DNA of 64,000 bases, from NCBI GenBank assembly GCA_951406725.2, contig OX597818.1:24986001-25050000 (forward strand). The letters are read 5' to 3'. Positions 1 through 12,057 of the stretch are shown one piece after another. Origin of the DNA: Octopus vulgaris. Taxonomy: Eukaryota. A program made the position numbers and the translations under genes. The notes under the pieces are model-generated. The model saw only the letters and a program-made list of their open reading frames with translations. It was not told where the DNA came from and searched no databases. Position 1 is the stretch's first letter; each line of letters opens with the position of its first letter.

Positions 1-94
1 TTGACATACTATTCCCAGAGAATATCAGTTGCTACAATGTGAGCTTAATATTCCAAATAATAAAATATTTTTCTCCTCCTTTTCTTGCCAGTTA

Positions 95-603
95 CATGAA
101 ATCACAATTTTCTTTCACACACTGTCTTGCAATCTGGAACACTTAAATTCTTTGGTCCTCACGTCACTAAACATAGGCAAACTTCCTCTTTTCTGCTTCT
201 CCCTTGGTTAGATATACCTGTCTCTAGCTTCCCTGCTGGCTATCCGATACAGCTCCCTGCTACCCCAACTCTTCCAGGTCTGTTTCTATGCTCTAATGGC
301 CATGTCTATGGTAATGTTCCACCACCACGTTACCCTAAGTCTGGTTGGGACTTTGCACCACCCACAGATTTGGTCTGTGGCACTTAGCAAGCTGTCCATC
401 AGGAATTCCTAGTTGCCCTCTATGTCACAAGTTTGTAGCTCCTCCTCCCGCTCATCAAATTTCTCAATAAGGATGCTTCTAAATCTTTGACCACATGAGG
501 GGTCCTTAAGCTTCCAAGTTCTTCTTTTCCACATTGGTCTAATTCTTGGCATCTTTCTGGCCTGGAGTCTAAAGTCACTAATGGCTTGTCTATGCTGGGG
601 GAT
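95..603 (-). mobile_element. RTE-clade LINE fragment (end of APE endonuclease and linker), degraded
   Basis: Minus strand reads PQHRQAISDFRL..RRTWKLKDP..SLLSATDQICGWCK..RVTWWWN..SRELYRIA with stops, the motif order typical of the RTE ORF between endonuclease and RT. Confidence 0.75.
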
Positions 604-2395
604 ACATGGATTAATATAAATATCTGAGTATACAAGTATGTATATATGCAAAGATATATGTGCATCTCTTTGCGGATAAGCATATATGTTGCTACATTTA
701 TATATTGCTATATATATGTATCTCCTTATAGATAAAAATAACTATAGAAAAATGCAACATCCTTAAGCATTCACAGGAATAGTATCATGCAGTTACATGC
801 ATGCATTTGATTACAATATCATAATTTAAATACAAATCTCCATGTTAGAAACAAATCAGAAAATCTTAATTAATATCCATGGCAACATAGTCTCCTCAGT
901 CCTCACAAAAATATCCAGTTTAAAATTTCATAATAGAAATCTAACAACACCATCACCAATTCAACTTCAATCTGCCCTGTGCCGTGTGACAACTGATTTA
1001 TCAGCAAACAGTCTTTGTGAACCCTGAAACAACCAAAACCAACTTTCTATACAAAGAATTCCATGCCTGAGTGAACCCTAATCAATAACAAAATTTTCAC
1101 ATCAAACCAAAATAAATCTCCTCACTATAACTTTCAACTCACTCCCTACAAGCACATATTTTCGTTTACCCTCCTCTATCCCAGCTTTCCTATGCAAGTG
1201 CTTCCTCAGTCTATCTGCACCACACCTAATCATTATTCATATAGCTCAAGCTAACTAAAAAACCCAACTTGCCAAAGACTATACATGTGTGCAAGGTGGT
1301 GGAGTACATGTAGTCATGTATGAACATTGGCGAGTGATTTTATACACTCCCTACACAGATACACACACACACACATGCACCTAAAGAATACCCATACATA
1401 CATGTATATATAGGAGCAACATATTCTCAGTTGTGTTTAGAATCAATAAGAGTTGTAAAAACAAAGAAAAAGGAAATAAGCTAGAAAAAAAAGAATGGAA
1501 ACTCAGTTTCTCTGATCTTTGAAAGGAAGAAAATTAAAAATACAGGAAATAGCAGCAAGGAAATAATTAAGTTTAACTGCTTCATTTCTTACTATGGGGG
1601 GATTTGCCACGATGTAGAATTTTTTCTTTTTATCATTGTTTTATTACGTCTGGAGAAATTTTTTTTATAAAATCTCTCTCCATATCTAAATAGTATATTG
1701 GATCATCAGTATTGGTAAAACAGAAATATTTTTTCCAAATTTGTTGTTCATGTAAATTCACTGTTCACTGAAAGGAACTTTCCTTTGTTCTGGATGATGT
1801 ATTTGTTGTTTATGTATCCTCATTCTTTTTCTTTTTTTACGCTATTACCAATGCTCATAATTGCCAGTAGTTTGAGTTTCACATTTCCATTCTTTCAGCT
1901 GCCAATCCAAGCTTGTTTTCTCTTGAATTATTAGTTGTTTGAATATATTTTGAAATATTATATAAAATCTACCAAGAAAACATTTGCTTTTTAAAAATTC
2001 AGGCAAGTCATGCATGTAAAAGTGGCATTTTCTAGCTCATACTTTTTGTTTAATCTGAAAATACTTGAAATGTTTATTTCTTACTTCATCACTGCATCCG
2101 GCTTTTAAACCTCATACAAGGGAGGTAATTCTAAGAACTATCATAATTATGTTGTTGTTTAAGCCAGATTTCAAAAATTGCTTTTGAAAACACTTCAATC
2201 ACAATGTTTTTGTTTTTTTCTTTTTCCGCCCTGAATCAGTTCAACAGCCAAGGTGGTTAGTACTTACACAAAAGATACCTAGCCCCATGCTTACAAGCTG
2301 CTAACACTTCAGTTCTACTATTCAGACAGTTGCTTCCTTGAAATAAAATTCTTAATTTTTCCTTCAAATAAAGGTCACATGTGTGCTAAATATAT

Positions 2396-2403
2396 CTATA
2401 TCT

Positions 2404-2459
<56 letters not shown>
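2396..2459. repeat. (TA)n microsatellite
   Basis: Seen directly. Confidence 0.95.
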
Positions 2460-2462
<3 letters not shown>

Positions 2463-2730
2463 ACTTGTTTGGCAAGTGACTTGCTCTGAAACTGTGTGTT
2501 GAAGCTGAAACAATCATATCATGGAAAAATCATTTTAGCTATTTAACAATTCCATAAAAAAAATGTTTTTCTTCTCTTTTTCTGATTTAAGAATAGGAAT
2601 ATATGTCCTAACATGCTATTAGAGGATGAGTAACAGAAATAGCTTCTGGTCATAAAATATTGCCTCAGAAAATTTAACCTGTGCTAGGAGGGAAAAGTAG
2701 ATATAAAAGGTTACTGCAGTAGCATTGTTT

Positions 2731-2898
<168 letters not shown>

Positions 2899-3135
2899 TT
2901 TTGGTCTATTTCTTCATTTGGTCTAGTTCTTCTACTTTGGTCTAGTTCACTACTCTTCTGTGATATGATCATTAAAGTGTTTCCACTGTTGAAAATCAGT
3001 CACTGGCAAGTTTTTATAAGCTTCTTAGCATATTATCATTTCCTTTTTTGTTTTCTTCCTCTTTTGTTTTCTTTTCTTAATTACTTTCATGTCAGTTTTA
3101 TTTATATTCTTTAATGTGTTGGCTATTGTTTTCTT

Positions 3136-4228
3136 CTAGCTGGTCCCATGCCATAAAAAATGATGACTAATTGTAGTATTTTTATATATAAATAAGGTAC
3201 AAAACCAAGTTTTTAGTTTAATAATTCTTTTATTACCAAATTTGTAATATACTTTTCAACTGCAGTCCTTTTATATTCTTGATACACTCAGGCAATAATT
3301 ATTTTCTCTAATGAGTTTGTATATGTTTGTGTAGGTGTGTGTGTGGTTAGTAGCTTGGTTCTGGATTCAGTTCCACATATACTCACACAGAGTTGAAACG
3401 CTGTTTGATTTTTCTTTTCAGCATTGAATGTTCACCATCCCACTTCTATTGCACACACATACACACACTCGCACACAGAGTTGAAATGGTGTTTGATGTT
3501 TTTTTTCACTGTACAAATTTCATCATCCCACTACCCCTTGCCATCACCCCTTCCTTCTTTATTCATCTACCACCCCTTCCTTTCTCATTCATATGTTGTG
3601 ACGGATGATGTCTAATTGTAGTACTTTATATATAAATAAGGTACAAAATAATCTCATATACAAATATTTACATACTTCCCTTGTACATGCACTCACATAC
3701 ACGCATATACTCACGCAGAGTTGAAATTCTGTTTGATTTTTCTTTTCAGTGTTGAATGTTCACCATCCAACTTCTATTGCACACACACACACATTCACAT
3801 GACTCCCTTTTAATTACATACACATATACTCATGCAGAGCTGAAACGCTTTTGATTTTTTTTTCATCATAGAACTTCCATCATCCTACTACCAAGTTTGC
3901 CATCACCCCTTCCTTCCTTATTCATCTATCACCCCTTCCTTGTGACAGAGAAATACACAAGAGTATTATTGTTTGTTCCTTCTCGAGCCATGCCGGTCCA
4001 TTGCAGGTGAGCTGCAAGATACAGGAGGAAAAAGTGAGAGAAAGCTGTGGCGAAAGAGTCAGCAGAAGTTTGCCATTACCTTCTGCCGGAGCTGCGTGGA
4101 GCTTAAGTGTCTCGCTCATAAACACACACATTGCCTGGTCCGAGATTCAAACCTGCGATCCCTCAACTACGAGTCCGCTGCTCTAACCACTAGGCCATGT
4201 GCCTCCACTAGAGTATTATTACAGTAGA
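3136..4228 (-). mobile_element. Non-autonomous Helitron-like element with internal tandem subrepeats, interrupted by a SINE
   Basis: Homologous to 18270-18683; CTAG at 3136-3139; minus-strand 5' end A|TCTACTGTAATAAT at 4228; repeated 'cagagttgaaa..tgtttgattttt' units. Confidence 0.65.
3971..4209 (-). mobile_element. tRNA-derived SINE (family A) with 11 bp TSD
   Basis: Minus-strand head TGGCCTAGTGG (A box) and GGTTTGAATCTC (B box); AGAGTATTATT duplicated at 3960-3970 and 4210-4220; homologous to 8228-8523. Confidence 0.85.
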
Positions 4229-4509
4229 TTGTTGTTGAAATGTAGACTTGTGGATATACAATGTTGAACATTTGACATATGAACTTTTAGATACTTTCAT
4301 ATTTGTTTCTTTTCTCTCTCTTTCTATCTATATTGTAAATTTATTTAATTAATTCATTATTATCATAATTGCCTTTCTTCAACAAAAAGTATCTGCTAAT
4401 AGTATTTTTCCCTCATTCAAAACCAGCCCTATTGAAAAAGCATACTAGTAATAAATACTTTTTATGGAGAAAATAATGGAAGATTGATGTTAGTGAACGG
4501 AATAAACAA

Positions 4510-4730
4510 ATCATCATCATTTAATGTCCTCCCTCCATACTGGCATGTGTTGGACAGTTTGACAGGAACTGGCAAGTCAGAAGACTGTGCCAAGTTCTAC
4601 TGTCTATTTTGGCATGGTTTTTATAGCTAGATGCCCTTCCTAACACCAACCGCTTAACATAGTGTGTTGGGTACTTTTTATGTGGCACCAGCAGCGGTGT
4701 GGTCACCAAGTAATTTGCAGGACAAGACCC
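4510..4730 (-). mobile_element. SINE 3' part with RTE-like (GAT)n tail
   Basis: 'tcatcatcatttaa..ggcatg..ttggac..gatgcccttcctaac.ccaacc' shared with 18058-18255 and, in the opposite orientation, 36910-37240, 46500-46648, 29395-29605 and 61300-61560. Confidence 0.7.
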
Positions 4731-5279
4731 CTCAAATTAGCAGTGTGTAGTATTGAGGGAGATGGCTTTGTACCAGGTAGGGAGAAGTCAGTGTAAGAAT
4801 AGAGGGACAGAAATAGATATGTTGCAGTAGACGAGAGATAAAATAGTGAAGTTTTGGCAAGATGTATGCCCAAGTTACAAGGTGTATATAGTGATGTAGA
4901 TGAGGGATTGGATGAGGTAAGTGGGTGTACAAGTTCACAAGCTTGTAAAAGGAGAGTGGGAAATGGGGGGAGGGGTATGTGATGAGTGGATAAAGAGAGC
5001 AGGAGGGGGAGTTAGGAAAATATGTTGTGTAGAAAAGATTTGACAGCGGCACTTTTATGTGCGGGGGGGGGGGGGAGGCTCATAAGCATGAGTGAGAAGA
5101 GGTTGCAGTACAGCAAATGCTGAACATGGGTGAGGAGAGGGGGAAGTGTTAAAAAGATGAGATGTGAGGGAGAGGATTGTCAGGGATAGATTGTGTACAG
5201 TGGCATGTGGGGAGATTTGTCAGGGATAGATTATGTACAGAAGCATAGACATAAATGACATGCCTTTATGGCCTCAATA

Positions 5280-5528
5280 ACTTGATGGTTCTTCTCAAGC
5301 ACAGCAAATTGCTAATTGTATTGGTTCTTTGTGAGGTTCAACATCTGAAGACCAATTTTCTCCCATGTCTTTTTAGATCTTCATCTTCCACAGGTTCCCT
5401 CCCCATTTAGAGATCAGCACTGCTTTGTGTAGCTGTCTTCATCCATATACATCACATAACCATACCAGCACAAACTTCTCTCTTGACACTGCATTTGATG
5501 CCTCTTATTACCCAATTTTTCTATGCAG
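5280..5528 (-). mobile_element. RTE LINE 3'-terminal ORF fragment
   Basis: Minus strand reads ERSLCWYGYVMYMDEDSYTKQC..EGTCGR.RSKKTW, matching the RTE C-terminal RLRWxGHV..RGRPRKTW motif. Confidence 0.7.
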
Positions 5529-7304
5529 GTAGAGAGAATTAACCCTAAAAATGACAAGGCCTAATATATCAAAAGTTCAAACAACTCTAGACTTGCAAGT
5601 CAACAACAAAAATCACTAACCAACACATGAAAAAACATATATTAAACTAACCTGTTTTAAATTTGAAGATAAATGAGAATAGAAACAAATGAGAGGAAAG
5701 TAACACATGAGAGAACAGAAAAGAAAATATAAATAAAAGTATATAGCAAGGAAAGTCACCCAGCACCATGGAGCTTAAAAGAACATATCTGTAACATGCG
5801 ATTTCATTGCATCAGTGAATTGTGACAAAGTATTTTGCTATCTCCTAATAGTCTGTATAATTAAGAAGTAAATGAAAAGTGGATACAACAATTTCTGAAT
5901 ATTTTTAGACAGCTAAAATGACTCTTCAATTATGTAATTATTAGATATACATGAATATGTACATACACATGTGCACACACAGTTGAAAAGTTTACTAATA
6001 GCTATATGACTGTGTATAGAAGGATATTAGATATGTATTTAACTTTTTAACATTCAGCAGTCTTTTTTTCTAGGTCATTCAAATAGACTCCTCATATCAC
6101 ATTTTATACCATGTATATGATGTTAAAAAGATGATCGAGGATTGATTAATTTTTTTCAGTTTATCATCAATATCTTAACACCTGTTTTTAATGCTTGCAA
6201 TTAGTTCAGTGAATCCATTTGATGAAAAATCTGTTTCAACCACCCAAATACCAAAAACTATAAGTTTTTGGTATACTAGGATTTATAGTTTTAGTACACT
6301 ACAAAACTCACCAGAAATGGCAGGAAATTGAGAGAGGCTAAAAGATTTGATTGCTTATATAGAATTTGAGTAAATGTTATTTTGAAAACTATGCTAATGT
6401 CTATATTATTTACATTGTACTTCAAAGATAGCCTAAATAAATGTTTTCAAAAGATTGTCCAGATGTTCTCTGGACTATTAGAAAATATTGATTTTGTTGA
6501 CTGTAAAATGTGTTTCTTCAGTGGGATTCTAGGTTATATCTTTTATGTAGCAGTCAATTGCAAATAATATGTAATAAGAACATTTCTACATTGATTAAAC
6601 CTTACGTGGACAATTTATAAAAGCCTTTCAAAAAATATTTAGTTATTAGAATTTAAAATAAAAAGAATTACACATCTTTTACCTCACAAATTCATGACCA
6701 AATTAGATAGAATAAGTATAGGATAAGGTCTAAAATTGTGCTATTATAAAGTATTGTTCCAATATTTTGATTAATGTAACTGATTTTGTTGTTGGCATTC
6801 TGAATTAAATACTGGCCCTTTAAATAATTTCCAATTTTTGCAAACTGCTCTAATTTGTGCCATATCTAATTCCTTTGTTGTTACTAGGTTCATCAGAAAT
6901 TCTATTTACCCTCAAAACTTCTATATTCTAACTTCAAACAAAATTGTCTCTCTGTATTCTGGTGTCCATTCTCTCCTCTTACAGCACTAGATATAGTTCT
7001 CACAGTTATTTTCCTCTATCATGTTATCAGTCTTAATCAAGCAATTTATTCTAGCCCATTACTATCCCCTACCTCTAACCCCTACCATCAGCTATACAAA
7101 ATGAACCTCACGAAGCCATATTCCCAACCCTTTCACACAGGAAGACCACAGGAAAAATAACCATGTTAGTAAAATTTGACTTTTAGCAGTGAGCCCTTGA
7201 GATATTTCCTGCCTAAACCTACATAATTTAACTGCTGTGATCGGAAATAAATATTAGTCTATATTTTTGAGATGAGGAATTATGTACGTTATTTACATAT
7301 GCCT

Positions 7305-7570
7305 GGGCATATAGCATAGTGGATAAGTGTGCAGGCTACTAACTCTTGGATTCTAAGTTCAATCCCAGGTAGGGACTTGAAAAATAGCAACAGAAAAATA
7401 ACATCAGCAACATACCTTAAGAATGAGAACAGTGTACTCCATTAATCAAATAAAGGGTTGCATTCGAAATTCCACCAGAATACCTGATGAAGGCTGGACA
7501 GTACATCAGCCGAAATGTTGTGATAACAACAAACAAGATGAAGACACCTATCTGTCCTTTGTAAATAATT
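7305..7570 (+). mobile_element. tRNA-headed short element carrying a Penelope-type hammerhead motif
   Basis: A box TAGCATAGTGG (7312-7322), B box GTTCAATCC (7357-7365); downstream CTGATGA-A-GGCTG..CAGCC-GAAA-TGTT (7484-7519). Confidence 0.6.
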
Positions 7571-7993
7571 TTATGTCTAGTTATCATTTTGTTCACTTTG
7601 TTGAATATCTTAAATGTTTTATTTTATGGCCAGTTTTTTTTATAGATTTTGTAGTAATTGTTTCAATTTCCTTATTGTTTTATATCTGAAATTTCCCTTA
7701 TCTTGTAACAACTGAAAGGCTTTTATAGTTCACCATGGCATTTTCCTGTTCCTCAACAATTATCATATCCTTCCATTCTCTATGAAAAGCTACTTTGTAA
7801 AAGTCATGAATTATGTCCTGTTTCAGCAATTTAGGAATGTTGGTAATAAGTTTTGTCATAAGTAATAGTAAGAAACTTATAGCAAAGACCGTTTTTCAAT
7901 GAACATTGCTATAACTCAACATCCATCTTGAATAAGGGTGAGCACTTACCCATCACACAATACATCAATTATTAAAAGACAGAATCACAACTA

Positions 7994-8703
7994 TCACCCA
8001 TATGGTATCTCTTGTTGGACATTTTCTGCAGTCAATTCTATACTCCCAAAAAATAAAAATGTCTCTGAAGGAGATGCTGAAATAGCTTCCACCTTTGTAA
8101 CAGTAGTAATATTTGTAAGGATATCCTGATTATAAACATTAGCATTCTTTGGAGCTAAGTCTAATGTTCTGGCTTGTAATACAGCTGTTTCCAAATCTAG
8201 TAGTTTATTTTTGAGTAGTCTTGTGCCTTGGAGACACATGGCCTAGTTGTTAGAGCAGCAGACTTGCAGTCGAGGGATCATGGGTTCGAATCTCAGACTG
8301 GGTGATGTGTGTGTTTATGAATGAAACACCTAAGCTCCACAGCAGAAGATAATGGCGAACTTCTGCTGACCCTTTCACCATAATTTTCTCTCTCTTTCCT
8401 CCTGTATCTAACAGCTCACATGTGATGGACTGGCATTCCATCCAGGTGGGGAACCTATACGCCATTGAAACCAGGAAACCAGCCCTCATGAGCCAGGCAT
8501 GGCTCAAGAAGGAACAGACAACAAGTCTTGTGCCAGTTAACATTAGCTCCAAAATAAAAGTATCCATTATTGAATTTTTTTTATACAGTTCAGAGAACAT
8601 TGTCTTGGAATTATAATCCTTAACCATGACCTTTAAACCTGAAAGAAATTGATCCAAGGATTCATTTGGCCCTTGTTTGCAAATTACAAGTTGGTGTCTA
8701 CAG

Positions 8704-8754
<51 letters not shown>

Positions 8755-8965
8755 TTCAAGCAATTTATTGTGTCCTCACCTGTGTTGCAAATTGTGATAA
8801 CCTGAAATAATTCATATTTCAATAAATATACAAAGTTGTGTAGTCTGTCAATATTAGGAAACTGGCAAGCAAATTTCTAAATGTGTATAACCTGTTTGAA
8901 TTTTGGAAGGGCAAATGTCAAATGACAAGGAATTAGATCTTTCAGAACATAGAACTACTTCAAAT
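7994..8965 (-). mobile_element. Degraded Ty3/Gypsy gag, interrupted by a SINE and a (TA)n expansion
   Basis: Removing the SINE gives CRHQLVICKQGPNESLDQFLSGLKVMVKDYN..IMDTFI..RLLKNKLLDLETAVLQARTLDLA, then a frameshifted zinc-knuckle relic (FLFFG..RKCPTRDTI). This resembles Gypsy gag Q..GES..F..L..L..DC.F..IRD.FI.GL..RLL. Confidence 0.75.
8228..8523 (+). mobile_element. tRNA-derived SINE (family A) with 11 bp TSD
   Basis: TGGCCTAGTTG A box, GGTTCGAATCTC B box; AGTCTTGTGCC duplicated at 8217-8227 and 8524-8534. Confidence 0.88.
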
Positions 8966-9769
8966 AAATTCTTGTATGAAGCAACAAAATTTGTATACCA
9001 AATATTTTAAATATCTTTTGTTAAAACAATGTAGAATCACAACAATCATTTAACAATGAAAATAAATGATGTTCAGTGTTCAATGATAGGGCAATATTGA
9101 AAATAAAAACATTTTTGATTTTATTCTTGTGTAAAAACTATGAACAAGTAGAAAATTATCTAACTTCTCAACATATTTCAAGTATTCATTGTTGAATTCT
9201 ATAAAACACATATCTGGAATTACAGAGAAATTACTGGCAAACAGCAGCCAAGAAATCATGTTTAATGAATACATAAATTGATACCTATTTCATATTGATG
9301 GCTAATTATAAGTATTTTAGTTAAATCAATGGATACTTATTAGTAAAACAAATGGACATTTATTGTAACTTTATCATAATCATTACATAATTTCCTTGAA
9401 GATATAATGCCTATAGCTGGCAAAGAAACAAAATCAAAATTCCAATGCAATCTACTGTGTGAGAATTACTTTTCTTTTTTTTACCATATAATTAATGTTC
9501 TATCAGAATGAAGCCAAAATCCAGGGATCCTAAAAAGGAACTCAGCAAAGATTAACAAGAAAGAATACTGAACTCTACTGCCATTTGGGAAATGGTCCTC
9601 CTTGATATGCAGAAAAGGTTAAGTAGGAATTCCATATTATGTACTTAATGTAAACTATTAAGTACACAAGAGATGTAATGAAGTAGACTGAGAGACAAGG
9701 GTTATGTATATAGCAAAGGCTAGAACTAAGAGCTACCATGAAATGAATTCTTTCAAATACCCAGCAGGT

Positions 9770-10105
9770 TTGATAAAGATGGTCGGCAGCTTCTCTTGCC
9801 TATGTGACCTAATTAACAGTTAAGGTAGATGTTGTAAAAACATAGCAGCCAGATTAAGAACAAGTGGGAAAGTTCTGGAGACTAATTTCTGTGTTTGTAT
9901 ACAACACGTGATACTGCATGCTAGTAAATCATGGGTATTGAATGTAGAGCATGTGGAAAAATCTTGATGACCTGAGCAAACTTTTGTGGATGTGCAACAT
10001 TAGCATGCATGAGCTCTGGTAAGCTGAAGGAAAAGTATGCACAGAGGAATCAGCTAATGGTCCAGGGAGAAGACTGAGTTGGTCCAGATGTGGTGCTTAT
10101 GAAGG
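9770..10105 (+). mobile_element. Highly degraded RTE LINE fragment (downstream of RT core)
   Basis: Broken frames give VGSFSCLCDLI..IAARLR..ILHASKSWVLNVE..LWMCNISMH, parallel to the 35551-35935 fragment. Confidence 0.6.
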
Positions 10106-10106
10106 A

Positions 10107-11007
10107 TTAGTAGAGATACCCAGCGTTGCTTGGGATTTAAATGGCATAGTTTGTATGTGTGGTACAGTTAAGTTGAAACATATGATGTAGGGAAGTGCAG
10201 CATTGTCGACAAAAATTTTGTGGAGTAAATGAAGGGCTAATTCGACTAAGTGACATGTCCTGCATCTGTTTGGAAGATTCCAGGCCCTAACCTTGTCATG
10301 GAGAAATCGATGGGTGTGTGTGATTTTTGAATGCAGCAAAAAGCTCTCAGTGGATATACTCTCCTTGGTGGCTTGGCTGTCGGCACTGCTGCTACCACAC
10401 TGAACAATCAATAGACATAAGAATTACATCTATGTGATAAATTAAGTCTGGGTATGCTCAACAGCACTACACAAGAGAAATCTACATGAAAGATATGACA
10501 TGGTAAGGTGGTGTGGATTGTGAAGGAATGGTCAAGCGCTTGTAAACAATACTGTCATGCAATATTTCGGTTTGGAATCAATAGTCGTGGCTCGACTGTG
10601 CACTCCTTTATGTAAACAGTGTGTGACCATTGTGAGGACAACTCAACTCCCAAACAAAAACAATTCTGCATGCAGCATCAGTGTACACAAGGTCACATTA
10701 AGGACACAGTCTCTAACAAAAGTGGTTGGGTCATGTGACGTTGGGTTGCGGAGAAATTAACATAAGTACGTCATCAATAGTAATGTCCCTTGAACCAGTG
10801 AAACAACCTATGTGATCGTTCATATTGTTTACCTAGAAAATGGGGTTTTCTATCCATGGGCCCCATTATTCATTATGTGGAAAAATTTTAAGAGTCTAAA
10901 ACCATCTCTGGAACATAAGTAATGTATGTTCTCAGTTTGGAGAAAGTCAATTGTGAACTTCAGGAGTTCTGTGGGTTTACACACACACACACATACTCAG
11001 TTTTATA

Positions 11008-11061
<54 letters not shown>
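10107..11061 (-). mobile_element. Non-autonomous Helitron-like element
   Basis: Left end TTAG (decayed CTAG) plus GC hairpin CCCAGC-GTT-GCTTGGG (10119-10134). Right end '..agtttggagaaag..ggagtt..acacacatactcagttttata..tagat' fits a minus-strand Helitron 5' terminus (A|TCTATA). Confidence 0.55.
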
Positions 11062-11865
11062 TAGATAGATAGATAGATACAGAGAGAGAGAGAGAAAGAT
11101 ATGACATTTGAATGAATAAATGCCAAATGGTTCTCTATAATTCCAGATTTATAATTATTATTAAAGTTTTAATGATTTCTTCTGTAAAGGCACAAAGCTA
11201 ATTCTTGTCAATGTAATCAATTTATGAATCATAGAATATTATTGCTATTTATTTCATTCATTAGATGAGGCTGACTCTCATTCACTTTAAATTGGTCACT
11301 ACGTTGTTTTTAGACATGTCCTGTCATCAAATATTTGAAACATACCTGTTTTATCATCACATATAATTATTTATATGTATATAGCCAATGTTTGTCTGTT
11401 TGACTTGAAATATCACCATCTCTTAATGAATGTTTTCTAAAATTTGCACTCTAATCTAAAGTCATTCTGGAATAATGCTTGAAGGAAGAAAATCCAAGGC
11501 CCAAGATACATTTGGGGATAAGATACAGATTCAAGAAAAGAAGTAGTGAAAAAGTGACAGTTGTAATGAAGAGGCAAACTTTCTCCTTTCTATTTCCAAT
11601 TAATTATTTCTGTCTCTTACTTGACATGCATACATGCACATACTTTTTTTTAACTCATCTTCCTTATGCAACTGTTTATTGGAACCTAGTTATAAAAATA
11701 TTCCATATAAAAATCATATCCTCAGAAAGTTAGTGTGCAGTTTCAAATATTATGAGAGTTAAAACAACTTAGGCTTACATTTTTTTTTTTCACATTTAAA
11801 TTAATTCATAATTACAAACTATTCAGGAGTGATGCTCTATGAATCAGATTGTTAAAAAAATAATA

Positions 11866-12057
11866 TAATGAAATTATTGTATACAATGCTCAGGTGCACC
11901 ACAACTTGTCAGAGTATATGCAGTAATGTACAAATGTCTGGAAAGCAAACAATGCATGAGTCAGATACATGCTTGTGTATGTATGGAGGGGAGAAAATCA
12001 GGTGTAGTGTTGGCGAATCTCAGAAAGCATGAAAGTTTTGAAGGATGCAGTGCTCCA
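11866..12057 (-). mobile_element. CR1-clade LINE 3' end fragment
   Basis: Reverse complement of the 3' part of the elements at 62791-63360 and 63371-63935. Confidence 0.85.

Noticed and set aside
3376-3900. Regularly spaced repeats superficially like a CRISPR array
   Set aside because: Eukaryotic context; the spacers are themselves repeated; part of a Helitron-like element.
8228-8300. tRNA-like sequence (also at 4140-4209, 7305 and 49868)
   Set aside because: SINE heads embedded in dispersed repeats, two of them with clear TSDs; no convincing cloverleaf.
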